The notes under the pieces were generated by a model. The model did not search any database. It saw only the letters and a list, made by a program, of their open reading frames with translations, and was not told the DNA's origin. The position numbers and the translations under genes were made by a program. DNA of 62,153 nucleotides, filler included, from Rhabdomonas costata (taxonomy: Eukaryota): the NCBI GenBank assembly GCA_019059605.1. It is 22 parts of 22 records of this genome, joined end to end, with 100 filler letters (N's around TTAATTAATTAA, not from the genome) between each part and the next. Parts side by side here need not be neighbours in the genome. Positions count along the whole stretch, not along the records: positions 48,117 to 50,843 come from JAHMHO010002230.1; positions 50,944 to 53,670 come from JAHMHO010002231.1; positions 53,771 to 56,497 come from JAHMHO010002232.1; positions 56,598 to 59,325 come from JAHMHO010002233.1; positions 59,426 to 62,153 come from JAHMHO010002234.1; 17 more parts are not named here. The stretch is one strand, 5' to 3'. Positions 49,932-62,153 of the stretch are shown in pieces. Positions within the stretch are counted from its first letter, which is position 1. Every line of letters starts with the position of its first letter.

Positions 49932-52900
49932 GGTCCAAACAAAATTATTGTTGTGTGTGCAACAGACGCACAAATCTCTCCCTTACCTAATTTTGAATTT
50001 GAGTTTTTTTCTTTTCTTTTGGAGTGAGGAGGTAAGGTGAAGAAAAACGATACCACCACAAGCAAAAATCACACAAATCTGTAGGGTCCCCCGTCTGGAA
50101 CAATTATCAACGCAGAGTCCCATTTTTTTTTCGTGCGAAACGAGAAACCGGTTCCGATTCGGGGTTTGTGGTGATGTTAGAGTCCTGTTGTTCGCTGCGG
50201 AAGGACCGACAAAGAAGCCTCAAAAATTGCAGTCTCTCTTGGCACAGGCGACCTTGTGCCGCGGTTTTACAACCGCACCCTGATACTGAGTTTTTCGGCA
50301 CGTTTTGCGGTGTTGAGGTGTTGAGTGCGGCAGGATGTTAACTGGGGGTGGGTGTAATTGCTGCACCCCAACTGCAAAAGACAAAGTAAAAGAACACAAA
50401 AACTCATGAGGACAAAACCGCGTCAATCACCAACTCCACAGGAGAAAGTTCTCACAAAACCTTGTATAGTCGGACAAGTCGGATGTGTGATATGGAGGGG
50501 AGTGTCTTTGTGCAGGGGCGAACCAACCGTTGCATGGATATAATGTTAAAATAACTCCAATAATAATATTAAATATTGTATAATATTAAATTGTTAAATA
50601 TTGTTGATTAAATTCATTGTTATACCGATTATCAGTAAATTTTTGTTTGTATTCATTTGTTTTTTTTTGCATTATTTCTTTGAATGTGACTTGGTCTAGT
50701 TAGTCGTGAAGGTGATAATTTTTTGGTCTGCTTGTTCAACTTGCTCTGTATTTTTTTCGGGAACACGGGAACATTTTTCGGAAAAGCTTTTGCTGAAACT
50801 CAGGTTTGCTTTTCCGAAAAATGTTCCCGTGTTCCCAAAAACCNNNNNNNNNNNNNNNNNNNNNNNNNNNNNNNNNNNNNNNNNNNNTTAATTAATTAAN
50901 NNNNNNNNNNNNNNNNNNNNNNNNNNNNNNNNNNNNNNNNNNNTTGTGTTGGTACAGAGAAAAAGCAACGAGTGTTGAGATTTGTCATAAATGCCAATGG
51001 AATGCCATGGAATAGCATTGAAATGGGGCCTTACGTTTTCCGTTTTCCGAAGTCAAAGTGTGCAGAAACCGCGCTTCGGTGTAGGGCTCACTTTTGTAGC
51101 AATTTTTGAGCACAGTGATTCTGTTTGCCGAAATTCCATTGACGCCATTTAAGCTGCATAACGGACCCAAGGCGCTCTAAACTGCGCTAAACGGCAAGTT
51201 CGAAGCGGACGGCGAACCAAGCCATCCCACAGGAAGAGTAGTGACGGTTCAGGTAAGCAGGACGGCTCGGAAGGGACAAGGATCAGAGCACCGGGCACAA
51301 AGATGCACAGTCTGTGGGCAGTCGAGCTCAGTTGAGGAAGGGGCACGGAACGAGGACATCAGACCTCTGCAAGCTCAAGGCGAACGGCCATCTGATAGAC
51401 CCTGCCCAGTTCTTCGTACAATTCTGCAAAAACAAAAAGAGGAGGATTCAGCTATTCGAAAAGTCAGAAAAATCAAAATCAAGGAAAGGGTAGCAGTGAG
51501 GAAGTTGTTCTTGCAGCGGGTTTTTTTGTTAAGAAAAATAGTTGATCATCGAAAGATGATTCAAGCAGGGCCACCTTCGGACCAATTTGAAAATTTGAGA
51601 GAGATTTTGCGCAAATCGACACGATTTCGCGCGATCTAGCGCAATTTGTGTGATGGGGCGCTAATGGACGCCATTCGAAGCGACTTAGCGCGCGTCGACC
51701 ACCTTCTTCGTCTTCTGGATAAGTGAAAGCAGGAATGGGCAATCACATGCAAGTACAGTCACAGGGTCAGTTTGAATGACACCAAGGGGCAGCTTACAAC
51801 ACAAAACCCCCTAACCACCTAGCTACTCACCTGCACCTGCACAAAGCTACCAGCTGCTGGTTCTTTTGCCGTGAAATAACTTCGCGGTACGTCGGGAAAG
51901 GAAACGCTTCAACATTTGTACTCTCAAGCAGTATTTATTGTTTACCTGTCTTCCTGTCTTTTTTATCAGCACCGCCTTCAGAAGGGAAAGAGCAAGCAGA
52001 CCTGGAGAAACGGGGACCCGGACCTTTCCTTTGGTTTCAGATGCGTCTTTGCACTGAATCTCGTACAAGAAAAACAGTGCGTACACTGCAAAAAGTTTCG
52101 TGTTAAAGTCGGCATTGATGACCAAATAACCTGAAAAGAGAATTACGAGCAACCAGCAAATACACGGCAAATACACACAAGGACAATGCACCCAGTCCCT
52201 TGCACCGCAACTATGCGTTTAAAACCGTCGGCCCTGAGGGCACTGGAAGCTTTCCACCAAAACTTGATTGTTTTTTTTTTTTTGCTTCTTTCATGCTTTC
52301 GTGGTTGAAACTGGTTTCTGCTTTCAGCTGCTGAAGACCTGCCATTTGACATGTGTGAACCCTTCATATGGTAAAAAAGAGTTGAACACAGACTTGAACA
52401 ATCGAGCAATCAGGCAAAACGCGCGAAAACAACAGTAAAAAAGCATAATCCCGAAATCACGACATACCGAGAGCAGAAGTTAGCAGCAAAGTTAAGAAGT
52501 GCTTGGCACTGCTGGTTTTCTTCACGCTCAGGAATATCGACCCAAAATGCAGCGCTTCCCAAGCTTGGCGAAAGGCTGCTAAGGAGGGGCAAGCTGCATT
52601 CTGTCAGAAAAGAAAAGATTACCTAAAGATTCAGCTTATTCATTCTTTTCAAGAGTCTTATGATGCGCATGGGGGCCCCAGAGGTAAAAACATCTAAAGG
52701 TTTGGGTGACTTGGAACTGTATTATCTCCATCCCAACAATTAAATCCATCCAGTTCTAAATGAAGCAAATGAAGCAAATCCATCCAAGAAATCGACTGAA
52801 ATATTCGCACTACCCCGCAAACTGCAACCTTGAAGACCTGCACCAGGGAAATGGTGCAGCGACTTAAAACAAAGAACAAGAGCAACCTCAGCGAACTCCG

Positions 52901-54669
52901 CCAGTAAGCGGGACAGGTCCAGCAGGCAAGGAAGTGTGGAATTCTCTTCGGTCATGGTATCACAACGAAGCTAACAAGAGTTGAAGTAAATTCTCTGAGT
53001 GCAAAAAAAGGCACAAAGGGACGGAATATCCGCGAGAAAAAATGCTTGGAGCAGACTGCAGACTGGCTGAAAGGAGTTACCGCGATGGTTCAGCTTTTTG
53101 ACCAATTAATGCGGTTAAACAGGTTCCTGAGAACAATTCCCCCATTTGTAAAATAAAAAAAAGGAAAGAACTAAGTTTCTGAACCCTCAGCTGATGTGCG
53201 CGGTTGTTCACACTTTACCACGTTTGAATGTTCCAAATACACTGAAGTCACATGACGTCGTCAAAGCCAAACACCAGGGTTGTGGCTCGGACTGCCACAT
53301 GGCGTCAGATTCGCAGCTAACAACTAACACAAACTCACCTTTCCTGGGCCGAATCCGGATTCACGAGAAACGCTTGACAGCGAAGTTGCGCACAAAACTG
53401 TTGGCAAAGCCCAGCCTCTCAGTGAAACAGCAAGGCCAGCAGAAACCCCCAATGACAAAAGCACGAAAACTTCGAATTAACGATTACCAGGCTCTTTCTG
53501 TGCTCCTCCCCTCCATTTTTAATTCCAATCACACTGTTCTTCGGTGCTATGCCAGCCTCTGGACTTCGTTTGCTTGTTTGTGTGTTTGCTTGTTCCACGT
53601 CGCATCTTCTTCGAGTTTCACCGCGGTCCCTTCCCTTTCCACTCGTGTATTCTTTGTTTCTTTCCCGCCTNNNNNNNNNNNNNNNNNNNNNNNNNNNNNN
53701 NNNNNNNNNNNNNNTTAATTAATTAANNNNNNNNNNNNNNNNNNNNNNNNNNNNNNNNNNNNNNNNNNNNGTGGGTTGTGGTGTTGGGGTTTGCGTTTAA
53801 TTTCCGCTATCCTTTCCTCGGCGTTTTTTTTTGAATGAAAACAGGGCCATATGCTTTTACCTAAGGCTTGCACATGGCTCGCCGGTACTGTGAGGGAGTG
53901 TTTCCAGCTGTCTTTTTACGATCGATGCGTGCTCAGCGCTACCGATGTGCAGGCCTGACGGCGCCCATTTCCGTGTACTTTCGGACTGTACTATCATTTT
54001 GGAATGGTTGGCTGGTGAACCTGCTCCAGCTGTTTGCCCACCTGTCATTCCTGAAGTTGGGGCTTCCACGGGAGAGATAACTTGACCTAAGCTCAACATC
54101 GTTTGGGCCGCATCGACCATGCCATGGATCTTGTTTCGTGCAAAGTTGTAGCCCTAGTCCTTGCGTGAATGGGGCGGAGTGTCTTTAGAGTGTTGGGCGG
54201 AAATGGTAGCAACACTTTTTCTTTGGTCATGCTGCTACAGCACGTCTATTCTGGCTTTGCAAGCAGCCGGCTCCTGCGCTGATCCAGCGGCGCTGGTCTT
54301 CGGTCGCCCTCGCTATTGGACGGAATTTCGGTGGTTGATGAGGCGGAGATTCCGAGTGGTCCACACAATGCTCGAAACACGGTCGTGCTATGTTTGGAGG
54401 GTGGGTAGGTGCTTCGTCTTTGTTGAAAATGAAGCACTAATTTTCTAGGTTGGAGGTTTGACCATTCAGGCTGGACGGCTCAGAACATTGCGTGCTAAAT
54501 CACACTTGTTTGGAAAGACCACTGGTTTGTGTTCGTGCCCACTGGTTTTCTCTGGGTGCAGCTTTTCCTTCAGTTTGCTGAAAGCTTCCTGCTAGCTCAC
54601 CTGAAGGTTTTGAAGGTTTTTGTACCACATACAGTGCCGCTCCTTTGGTACGGAGGGTCACCGTAAGAA

Positions 54670-56431
54670 ATGTCGGCCTGGGCGAGGAGTGTCGCTGTGC
54701 AGGAGTTGCCTTCTCGAGGGCGAGGAGTCCAAGCAGTGGCACCGGTTCAAGCAGGTTTGGCCCTTGCCTGTTACTTTGGTTTGGTTTTCTTTCGAATGGC
54801 GTCATGTGTGATAAAATGACGTTGCCGGGAGGTGCCCCAGGTGGCCCCATGCCAGTCGCATTCTGTGTTACGTTCTTGTGGGGTTAGAATTTCTAACGGT
54901 GTCGGTCCCAAGGCTGTAAATATTCAGAGCACATCGAATCAAGGCGCGATGCCCTCCCCCCGCTGGTTCTTAGCAACTACGGGCCACTGGCTTGGTCCCT
55001 GCAAGATCCACGCACGCAGCTTCTTCTGAAAGGCATCTTTGCCGCTGTGCTGATGTGCTTACATCAGCGTTTGGTGCCAAACAAGTAGAGTTCTTTTTTT
55101 TCAGGCGCCGAGCTTCTGGCAGAACCGCCCTTTGCGTTTGTCGCCACCCAGGAGTATGAGCCCAGGGTGTGCCACAGGTGCTTCAAGGAGGCGGAAGACC
55201 TTCAGACCTGTCCAAGGTGTCAGCGAGTGCGATACTGCGGGCGGGCATGCCAGGCGTGTGTGATTTTTCTGCTATTTGCCTCTCCCACCTACCAGACCCA
55301 TATTCTGTGGTTCAACTTGTTCCTTGGTTGTTAATCTGTGTTGTTTGATTGGTATGTTATTGATGGGTTGTTCAGACCTCGGACTCAAGGTGGCACCAGC
55401 AGGAGTGTGCCTACCTCCGGGTCAGGCCCGTCACCCCGACACTGCGGCTGGCGCTGCGGGTGCTAGTTCGACTTGCAGCGGAGAAGGTGTGCCTTTCCCT
55501 ACCCATCCCACTGCGGCTCCTTCTCAGTCCCCCGCTTGTCGTGCTACGGTGCTTTGGCTTTGGCAGTTCAGGTGTTAATGTTAAGCTGTTCTTTGGTATG
55601 AGTGTGTGCGAGCACCCATGCATCGGGTGATCTACTGTGGTTGTCTTCCGCTGCTTTGTCAACACCCACTCCAGAACTGAAATAGTTGGCCCATAACGTT
55701 TGAACCGAAGGAAGTTTTTGGCCCCAAGGCCTGCCATTATCTTGCGATAGATGCTGTAGTGGCTAAGGCGTGCTTGCGACGCAGAATGGACCAGAGGACC
55801 CCTCTGCAGAAGTTGCTCGCCTGATCTCTCGTATGTGTTAGTTTCCCTTCTTGACTCTTTCCGCACGAGTTCTTCTCTTTATTCTCTTTTCGAATGTCAA
55901 CGAAACGAGACGTCTCCATTAGACGTCTCCTTTGCAAAGCATCATTGCGTTGTTCTTTCCCATCTTTTGCACATATTTTTCTTGAATCATTTGCCGCCAA
56001 CGGAAACTTCGGTTATCTTCATAAGTAACACACCATGGTTGCACCGATAATACCTACCTGCTCGGGTTGCCGCGAAGCTTGTTGTAGTAGCGCAGTGGCG
56101 CCGGGGTAAATGAGATCTGTGAGGTTCAGACCTGAGTCTGAACTCTGTCCTGTGATTCCGTGATCCTTTCAATCTTTCAATGTACATCTTTGGGTCGTTT
56201 CCTTCTTGATTTTTCCACGCCCCCCACCCCGCAGATCGCGAGGATATCCCTCCAGAGAGAGCGGAGATGTTCGCTCAGATGGCAGCTCTGGTGCTGGACT
56301 GTTTGTGGATCTCTGAGGGGGGCCAGTCTGGGGGTCCGCCCCAGGGGGTGGTGGAGCAGCGACCACTACCCTCCGTGTTGGTCTCCTCGGGGCTTTCCTC
56401 GGTGGCAGCCCTTGTGACCCTTTTCTGCCAG
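54670..56431 (+). CDS. SMYD-type SET and MYND domain lysine methyltransferase, 5' part; exons 54670-54754, 55105-55253, 55376-55486, 55785-55830, 56235-56431
   Basis: Split SET N-terminus RGRGVQAVAPVQAG|AELLAEPPFA. MYND finger CHRC...CPRCQRVRYCGRACQ|TSDSRWHQQEC. Not visible in the ORF track. Second intron is GC-AG. Confidence 0.9.
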
Positions 56432-57759
56432 GTTGACTGCCTGCTGCTGTTTGGCGGGGAGTTTTTTGACGGGGAAAGCACCGTGTGCTACTCGGACNNN
56501 NNNNNNNNNNNNNNNNNNNNNNNNNNNNNNNNNNNNNNNNNTTAATTAATTAANNNNNNNNNNNNNNNNNNNNNNNNNNNNNNNNNNNNNNNNNNNNGGG
56601 GTGGGGGGGTCGAGTTTCAGCGTCGCACCAGTCTGTGGGCCTGGATGCAATAATGGATGGTCTCGCACCCCCCCCCCCAGATTTTTTTACAATGTTGGCG
56701 CTAGAGTAGGCAGGTTACCTAGCCCTGGAGGGATACCGTTTAGAGTAAACAAGCCAACGCCCAAAACTGAAGGTTTTCCTGCTGTGCGTGCAGCAACGAT
56801 TTACGGAGCTTAATTTCTTTTTCCCACCTAGTAGCTCTTTGATTGCACAGAACAGCGGGAGGGCACCCTTGCGCGCCGAAGCTGTCAGTGCAATAGAAAG
56901 GCATGGGCCCTGGGAAAGCACTGGAACAAACGGTCCCCTGAATCCTCATCTTCGAGAACCTTGGCAAAACGGGCTTAGGCTGAAACTCGACCCCACCCCC
57001 CACCCCTCTGGTTCACGGACGTGAACCAAAATGTCTGGTGAGGGAAGCTGGGGCGTGGGTACAACTGTGGAGTGGGGTGGCTTCGGCCGCATCGCGTCCT
57101 AAATAATTCAATCGCTCTGGGGGAGTTACACTCAAGGAATACAGAAGAGGTTCGCTGCTCGGGGCAAGCGTTAGCGTTGGGTTTCGGTTCGCCTTTGTTT
57201 CAGCAACAAATTTGCACAACACGGCATCGTCCTTCTCGCCAACAGCAGAGATAAACGCAACAAGCTTTTGGGAACCAGAGGGAGAGAAAAGACAAATACA
57301 CGGTCAGCTTGGGCGTCTGTGGTTCACGTCGGTGAACCAAAAAAGTGGTTTACGGGGGGGGGGGCGTGCGTCTCCCCCTAACCAACCCGGAACTCACATA
57401 ACACCTCCCGCCCAAACTTCGTTAAATCACAGGTTCACAAATGTTCTACACCCGACGCAGTTTCCAATGCAGAAACCGAGTTGAAACACTTTTTTCCTTT
57501 TCGACACAAAGAAAAAAAACGCCAGACACCAGATATTCTGCTGAAACTAGAAATCAGGGAAGACTTACCGTGAAGGTGGTTATCTGAGGTTAGGTAACAG
57601 TTGGCTGATCTATTATTTGTAGTGGTTTGTCACCAATACTTTTTACGTTGTCTTGAGATGAGACCGATAGCTCGATCCTGCAGAAAAAGCCGAGAGCTCA
57701 GGGGATGGAGAAAGGGGTGGGGGACGCTCACCCGAGATCGGAATGGAGGGCAGAGTATT

Positions 57760-58417
57760 GACTCTGGAGGTGCGCGAGGGGAGGCTGGTGCTGACGTTGT
57801 CGCCGAGAAGCCGGTTCACCAGCTCATCTGCAAATCGCAGACAGAACCTCAGGCGCGTACGGCGCAATGGCTTCTTTTTTACTTCTACTGTGTGTGTGTG
57901 AGGGGGGGAGGGGCAGTCATCCGCAGTCATTCTGCATTCTGATTTCAGAAGAAAACAGCAGGCTCTTGAGGGGAGGTCGACACCTTTCTACACCGGTACT
58001 TTCACAGGAGTGAAGCAAAATCGTGTCAGCCTCCGTCTCTTTCAGCGTCTGAGGCGTAAGAGCAGGAAAAATGACGTGAGCCTCGGCCTTTATTTATTCC
58101 CAGAATTTTCATGACAGCACACTTTAGAAAACCAACTCGTCTCTTTTCCAGCCTAAAATGTCTGCAACGCCGCTTCCAAAGGATTGCTTTTTTTGAACCC
58201 ACACAAAAGGTGGCACATACACAATGAAAAAAGAAGGGGGACCTAGGAATCGCCGGAACTCGCTCAGGCTGGGCGCCCCGCCCGTCATCGCCACCCCGAC
58301 TTGCATCAGCAGCAGCTCCAGCTGCTCCAGCGTAATCGCAAAGTCGGGAGAAATGGCCTGGAAACGCCCTTCACTGTCCACCACAGCCATCTGGGCGGCG
58401 ATCCGGGCAGCGCCCTA
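57760..58417 (-). CDS. Probable exons of an unknown protein
   Basis: AG/GT-bounded GC-rich exon GAARIAAQMAVVDSEGRFQAISPDFAITLEQLELLLMQVG...SEFRRFL and downstream LRFADELVNRLLGD. Confidence 0.35.
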
Positions 58418-59671
58418 GGGAAGAGTCAGCCCCAAATCAGGAATTTTTGAGGGAAATATCAACTCTCAAGCACAAAAGTTCTTGCAGTAGCAGTAGCAGG
58501 AGTCAGCATAAACCAAAAAAAAAAAGAACAGAAAAAAAGAACAGAAGAAGAAAGGCAAGGAAAACCAGTGTGGATACGAGTGTAGCAGGAATTCAGGAGG
58601 AAGGGGGAGATCTTCTTCCTTGGGGACAGTTGTGCGGTCTGGTCTATACGTGGTATCGGGGATACCATTATATGGTATAGCGGCGTCATACGACAAAGGA
58701 CGAAACTGAACTTCTGGCCACTATTGCACATGCATCGGTGACGTGTATCGCGTGAACTGCTCAAAGAAGAGCATCACAAAGGACAACATGAACAGGCGGA
58801 GACTCCTGAAGAAGAAACCCGCCCGTCGGGATGTCCTATCAAGCGCAGAAGAAGAGGCTTACCAGGGCAAGGTCAGGTCAGGGACAGGGTGCGGGGTGGG
58901 GGCTGCCTCGTTGCGAAATGAATCTTCTGTCGAATCGCAGTAAAGCGACGTTTCCCCCATGTTCCTTCCTCATCACGCTCCTGGACTTCTTTTCTTTTGC
59001 GGGCCCCCCTCTTTCTTACTTCTCTCTTTATAACGCTCTAAAAAGCTAGAAAATTAAAGGAGATCCTTGAAAATTGGGCCATATTTTAGTGTCTTTAGCG
59101 TCGAAGTTCAGGGGACCAATCCGTGATAGGCCCCCCTCGGTAATAAATGCTAAGTGCCGACGTAGCATTTGCTATCAGCGGTCCAATAGCAATAACTACC
59201 GAGCTCGACCAATCGGTCAGGGTATGATAGCATTTGAAAATGCAACAGTCGGAGCGTCGGCGATAGCAAATGATATCACGGGTACTTTTTCTCAGAATTC
59301 CAAGTCATCGAAGACAAACACCAACNNNNNNNNNNNNNNNNNNNNNNNNNNNNNNNNNNNNNNNNNNNNTTAATTAATTAANNNNNNNNNNNNNNNNNNN
59401 NNNNNNNNNNNNNNNNNNNNNNNNNGTTTGTTGTGCCTTCTTCCCCCACCGCACCGGAGGGTTTTGACGTCAATGGGAACCGTCTTCTGCATCAAACCTC
59501 GGAAGCAGGCACAGTGCAAACCCTCGGAGACCATATACTACTGAGAAGAATGCAAACCCTCGTGGGTTACCTAACCCAGGGAATCAAAATCAGCAAGGAC
59601 GCAACATAAGATTCTCCTCGATAATGCATCGAAGGTTTCTTCGCTGAACGTAAGCAAGGTGAAAATCCACA

Positions 59672-59880
59672 CTCTTTGGGACTGCTGTGGCAGAATTTGG
59701 GGATGTGGGCTAAGGTCTCGTGGTAGGCGGCCTCCTTGGCCCTTGAAAGCTGAATGCAACCGTCCATGTGTGTGTGTGGCCGTCTCCTTGCCAAGTGCAC
59801 CAAGTGTGTGTGGCCGTCTTTGCCTGCTTTGAGTTTTTTGCGTAGTCAACGATTGCTTTGACTTTGGGACAGTGTTCTGT
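59672..59880 (-). pseudogene. Spermidine synthase pseudogene, N-terminal exon(s)
   Basis: Frameshifted GQ/TLS/KVKAIVDYAK, then DGCIQLSRAKEAAYHETLAHIPKFCHSSPK (family consensus DG.IQ.TE.DEF.YHEMLAH.P...HPNPK). Contains a small internal duplication. Confidence 0.8.
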
Positions 59881-61592
59881 CCTACTTCCAGGTGGGAAAT
59901 GAAAGTGGTCCGGACAGACGACTCGAAGGCTAGGTGGTAGCACTGATGAAGTTGGTCCTGCCAGCCCTCACGTCGACTTCGCTTTGTGTCCCCAAAAGCA
60001 CGCGATTTTTGAGGGAAAACGCCATGTAGTCTTCGATTCGAAGGCTAAAAAGGTGATGTAACCCAATGTTTTGGGATTTAGGGAAAGGTTTTTTGTCTGG
60101 CCCGTGATAAAGAGGATTGGCTGGGTAAGCCGGTTGAGAACGCTTTAGAAAAACACCCGACAATGGTGGTTGGTCCGCGCACCATATTACAAGTAACGAA
60201 CAAGCACACAGCGGCAGCATGCACCAGTGAACCCCCGCCCCCACAATACAACAGGAAGGGCTGAGCCTCAATGGTACGCCCTTCCGCACGATGCAGCGCT
60301 CTTCGGTACACACGATATAAACAAAAGCACCCCACCACCTGCTGCATAACAACCCTGGTGAGTGACTCACCGGAGTCCCTGGCAAGGGGATCGGCGCCCT
60401 GGAACCCCTGCGAAGACGAGTATCCGAGCACGTCAATTGTCCTCGATTAGCACGCGTTTAGCACAATACACGATACACGAAGTACGATAACGAACACGAT
60501 ATCCCATCATTCTCAGCTCTTGTTTCCATCTCAAGGCTACCCCGTCGCACAAGCCTTCACAGTTACCCCCCGGCGTACCCCCCTCCCCTTCCTAGGTTAC
60601 CCGCCGGGCGGAGCTGCCAATCGCGTTAAAAACAAGTACCCGTGAGAGCTTCCCTCCTCTTGGGGGAGTTGAGAATGCTCATAAAACGGCGTATTCGTTC
60701 GTTCGGTAACATTACGAACCATTGCTATTGCCGTTGCGCCCCGATTGATGGAAACATGGAAACAATTAAACCCATCTGAGCGACCAAGGTTGCACTTGGG
60801 TCCATCTCGTAGGCAGGAACGAAGTGACGGGTGCAAAGTACAACTGCGACGGACTGACCGATCCCAGGGAGCAGCGATGCCACAAAACCTCGGGTGGATG
60901 ATCGACGAACGACAGGGGGCCTTCCCCAGCTGTCATTGCATGAATGGTTGTCATCTGAGCAATAACGGCGCTTGTTCGCCAGTTGCAGGTTAATCAGTCA
61001 CTTTTGGTCATTTTAGTGCACTCTGCGGTTATCCTCTAGCACACTTCTGCTAAATAACCATCATGTGGGTCATCAAATTTGCAGAAACGAGGGTTGAAGT
61101 TGGGTTCCAGCGCTCTTTCAAGACGGACCTTTTGCATTCAAAGGCAACTGCGGGGTAGTATGTGGCACCACGCCACTGCTTCTGTTTGTGTGACGGAAAT
61201 GGGCTTGATCATAACCTTTTAGAAGCCAATCAGGTCGGGCCTTTCAAGACACATATACACAAACCCAAAGTACATCCCGCACACACCAGGACGCAGAATC
61301 AGGCTCCGCACCAAATTTTTGTGTAGCTCCAGGCAGTCGGCCATGAGAGGAAAAGTCTCCCACAGGTGAGTGGAGTTCTGGATGTCCGTGAACGCAAACG
61401 CTAGTCCTCCACCACTGGGGGTGCCGCCTGGGCCGCGGGGTGGGGATGGCAGGCCTGCCCGGGAGCTGCCACAGCCACCCCAAACAAGAGGAACTCACCA
61501 CCGGAGATCAAAAGGACCAAGAAATTTCCGCATCTACGAGTCTTCAGGGCTCCCGAAAACGCCCCATTGCCGAGCGACAAGCTGACGCACAC

Positions 61593-61634
61593 CTTTCGCG
61601 AAATTCCACCGTCACCTCCGCCCACAATAAGCAC
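61593..61634 (-). pseudogene. Spermidine synthase exon with the glycine-rich dcSAM-binding motif
   Basis: 42-nt exon VLIVGGGDGGISRK bounded by ttttttag and gtgtgc. Confidence 0.82.
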
Positions 61635-62153
61635 CTAAAAAAGCACACAAGGCCGTGCCACACAGACTGCAATCCAACGAATCAAACTCAAGCAACCCAA
61701 GAGTCGCAATGCGTAGCGAATCTGTACTTGGAAGGCTCAAAGAGAACACAAGTACGTTAACGTCCCCACAAACGGTCGTAAGAAAGCCACATTCATGGGG
61801 TCAACACCCCAACAACGGCTGAAATGCTCCACAAGGTTGCCAGGGTGGCAGCTTAAACATGTGGTCACCCAACGCTACCATCAATCGGGATGTCGTTTTG
61901 CACATCGGTACGTCCAAGCAACCTGCGGTGGTACGAGGGAAACAGTCTCTTTTTACCTTGTGCCGCTTCTTCCCCCACCGCACCGGAGGGTTTTGACGTC
62001 AATGGGAACCGTCTTCTGCATCAAACCTCGGAAGCAGGCACAGTGCAAACCCTCGGAGACCATATACTACTGAGAAGAATGCAAACCCTCCGGTGCGGTG
62101 GGGGAAGAAGCGGCACAAGGTAAAAAGAGACTGTTTCCCTCGTACCACCACCC

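Larger units (their letters stand above)
59437..62090. repeat. 125-bp identical direct repeat at both ends of the last contig (59437-59561 and 61966-62090; period 2529 bp)
   Basis: cttcttcccccaccgcacc...gaatgcaaaccctc is present twice. Confidence 0.95.
1..62153. other. Concatenation of 22 contigs (~2.73 kb each) separated by N44-TTAATTAATTAA-N44 linkers
   Basis: Identical 100-nt spacer at 2735-2834, 5565-5664 and onward to 59326-59425. The linker has stops in all six frames and contig lengths are near-identical. Confidence 0.98.

Noticed and set aside
50759-50836. 29-bp-arm hairpin
   Set aside because: Contig-terminal and perfect; probably a fold-back artefact, though a small MITE is not excluded.
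50944-51639. Possible MULE/SWIM transposase remnant (NGMPW..., RCTVCGQ)
   Set aside because: Motifs are too short and interrupted to support a call without a profile search.
61927-62149. 67-bp-arm terminal inverted repeat
   Set aside because: The switch occurs at the aaaccctc microhomology, and the other copy (59561) continues with different sequence, indicating self-priming.
1-62153. rRNA, tRNA, spliced-leader RNA genes, CRISPR arrays, operon-like gene clusters
   Set aside because: None recognised by eye. Gene neighbourhoods across spacers are artificial, so no multi-gene system can be inferred from adjacency.

Overview
This window is not one locus. It is 22 unrelated ~2.73 kb contigs joined by 100-nt spacers (N44-TTAATTAATTAA-N44), so adjacency between contigs carries no information. 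The DNA is from an intron-dense eukaryote. TTAGGG repeats, receptor-type HAMP adenylate cyclases, a CRE-like retroposon and stem-forming non-GT-AG introns suggest a euglenozoan, probably a euglenid (inference). G/T-only contig ends and perfect terminal fold-backs point to whole-genome-amplified material. Genes reconstructed by hand across introns: three class III cyclase fragments, an O-methyltransferase, exportin-1, TM9SF, a SMYD protein, a membrane U-box protein, a fucosyltransferase-like protein, a secreted kelch protein, a secreted Cys-rich repeat protein, a spermidine synthase pseudogene, and several unknown genes. Decayed transposons are also present. Top leads: (1) an intronless ZNFX1-type RNA helicase fused to tandem PARP-like domains; (2) non-conventional introns whose ends pair or follow the CAG(+4..6)/CTG(-8..-6) geometry, sitting beside ordinary GT-AG and GC-AG introns; (3) a circularly permuted spermidine synthase contig; (4) small TIR elements carrying telomeric repeats. 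All exon models are manual and lack cDNA support.
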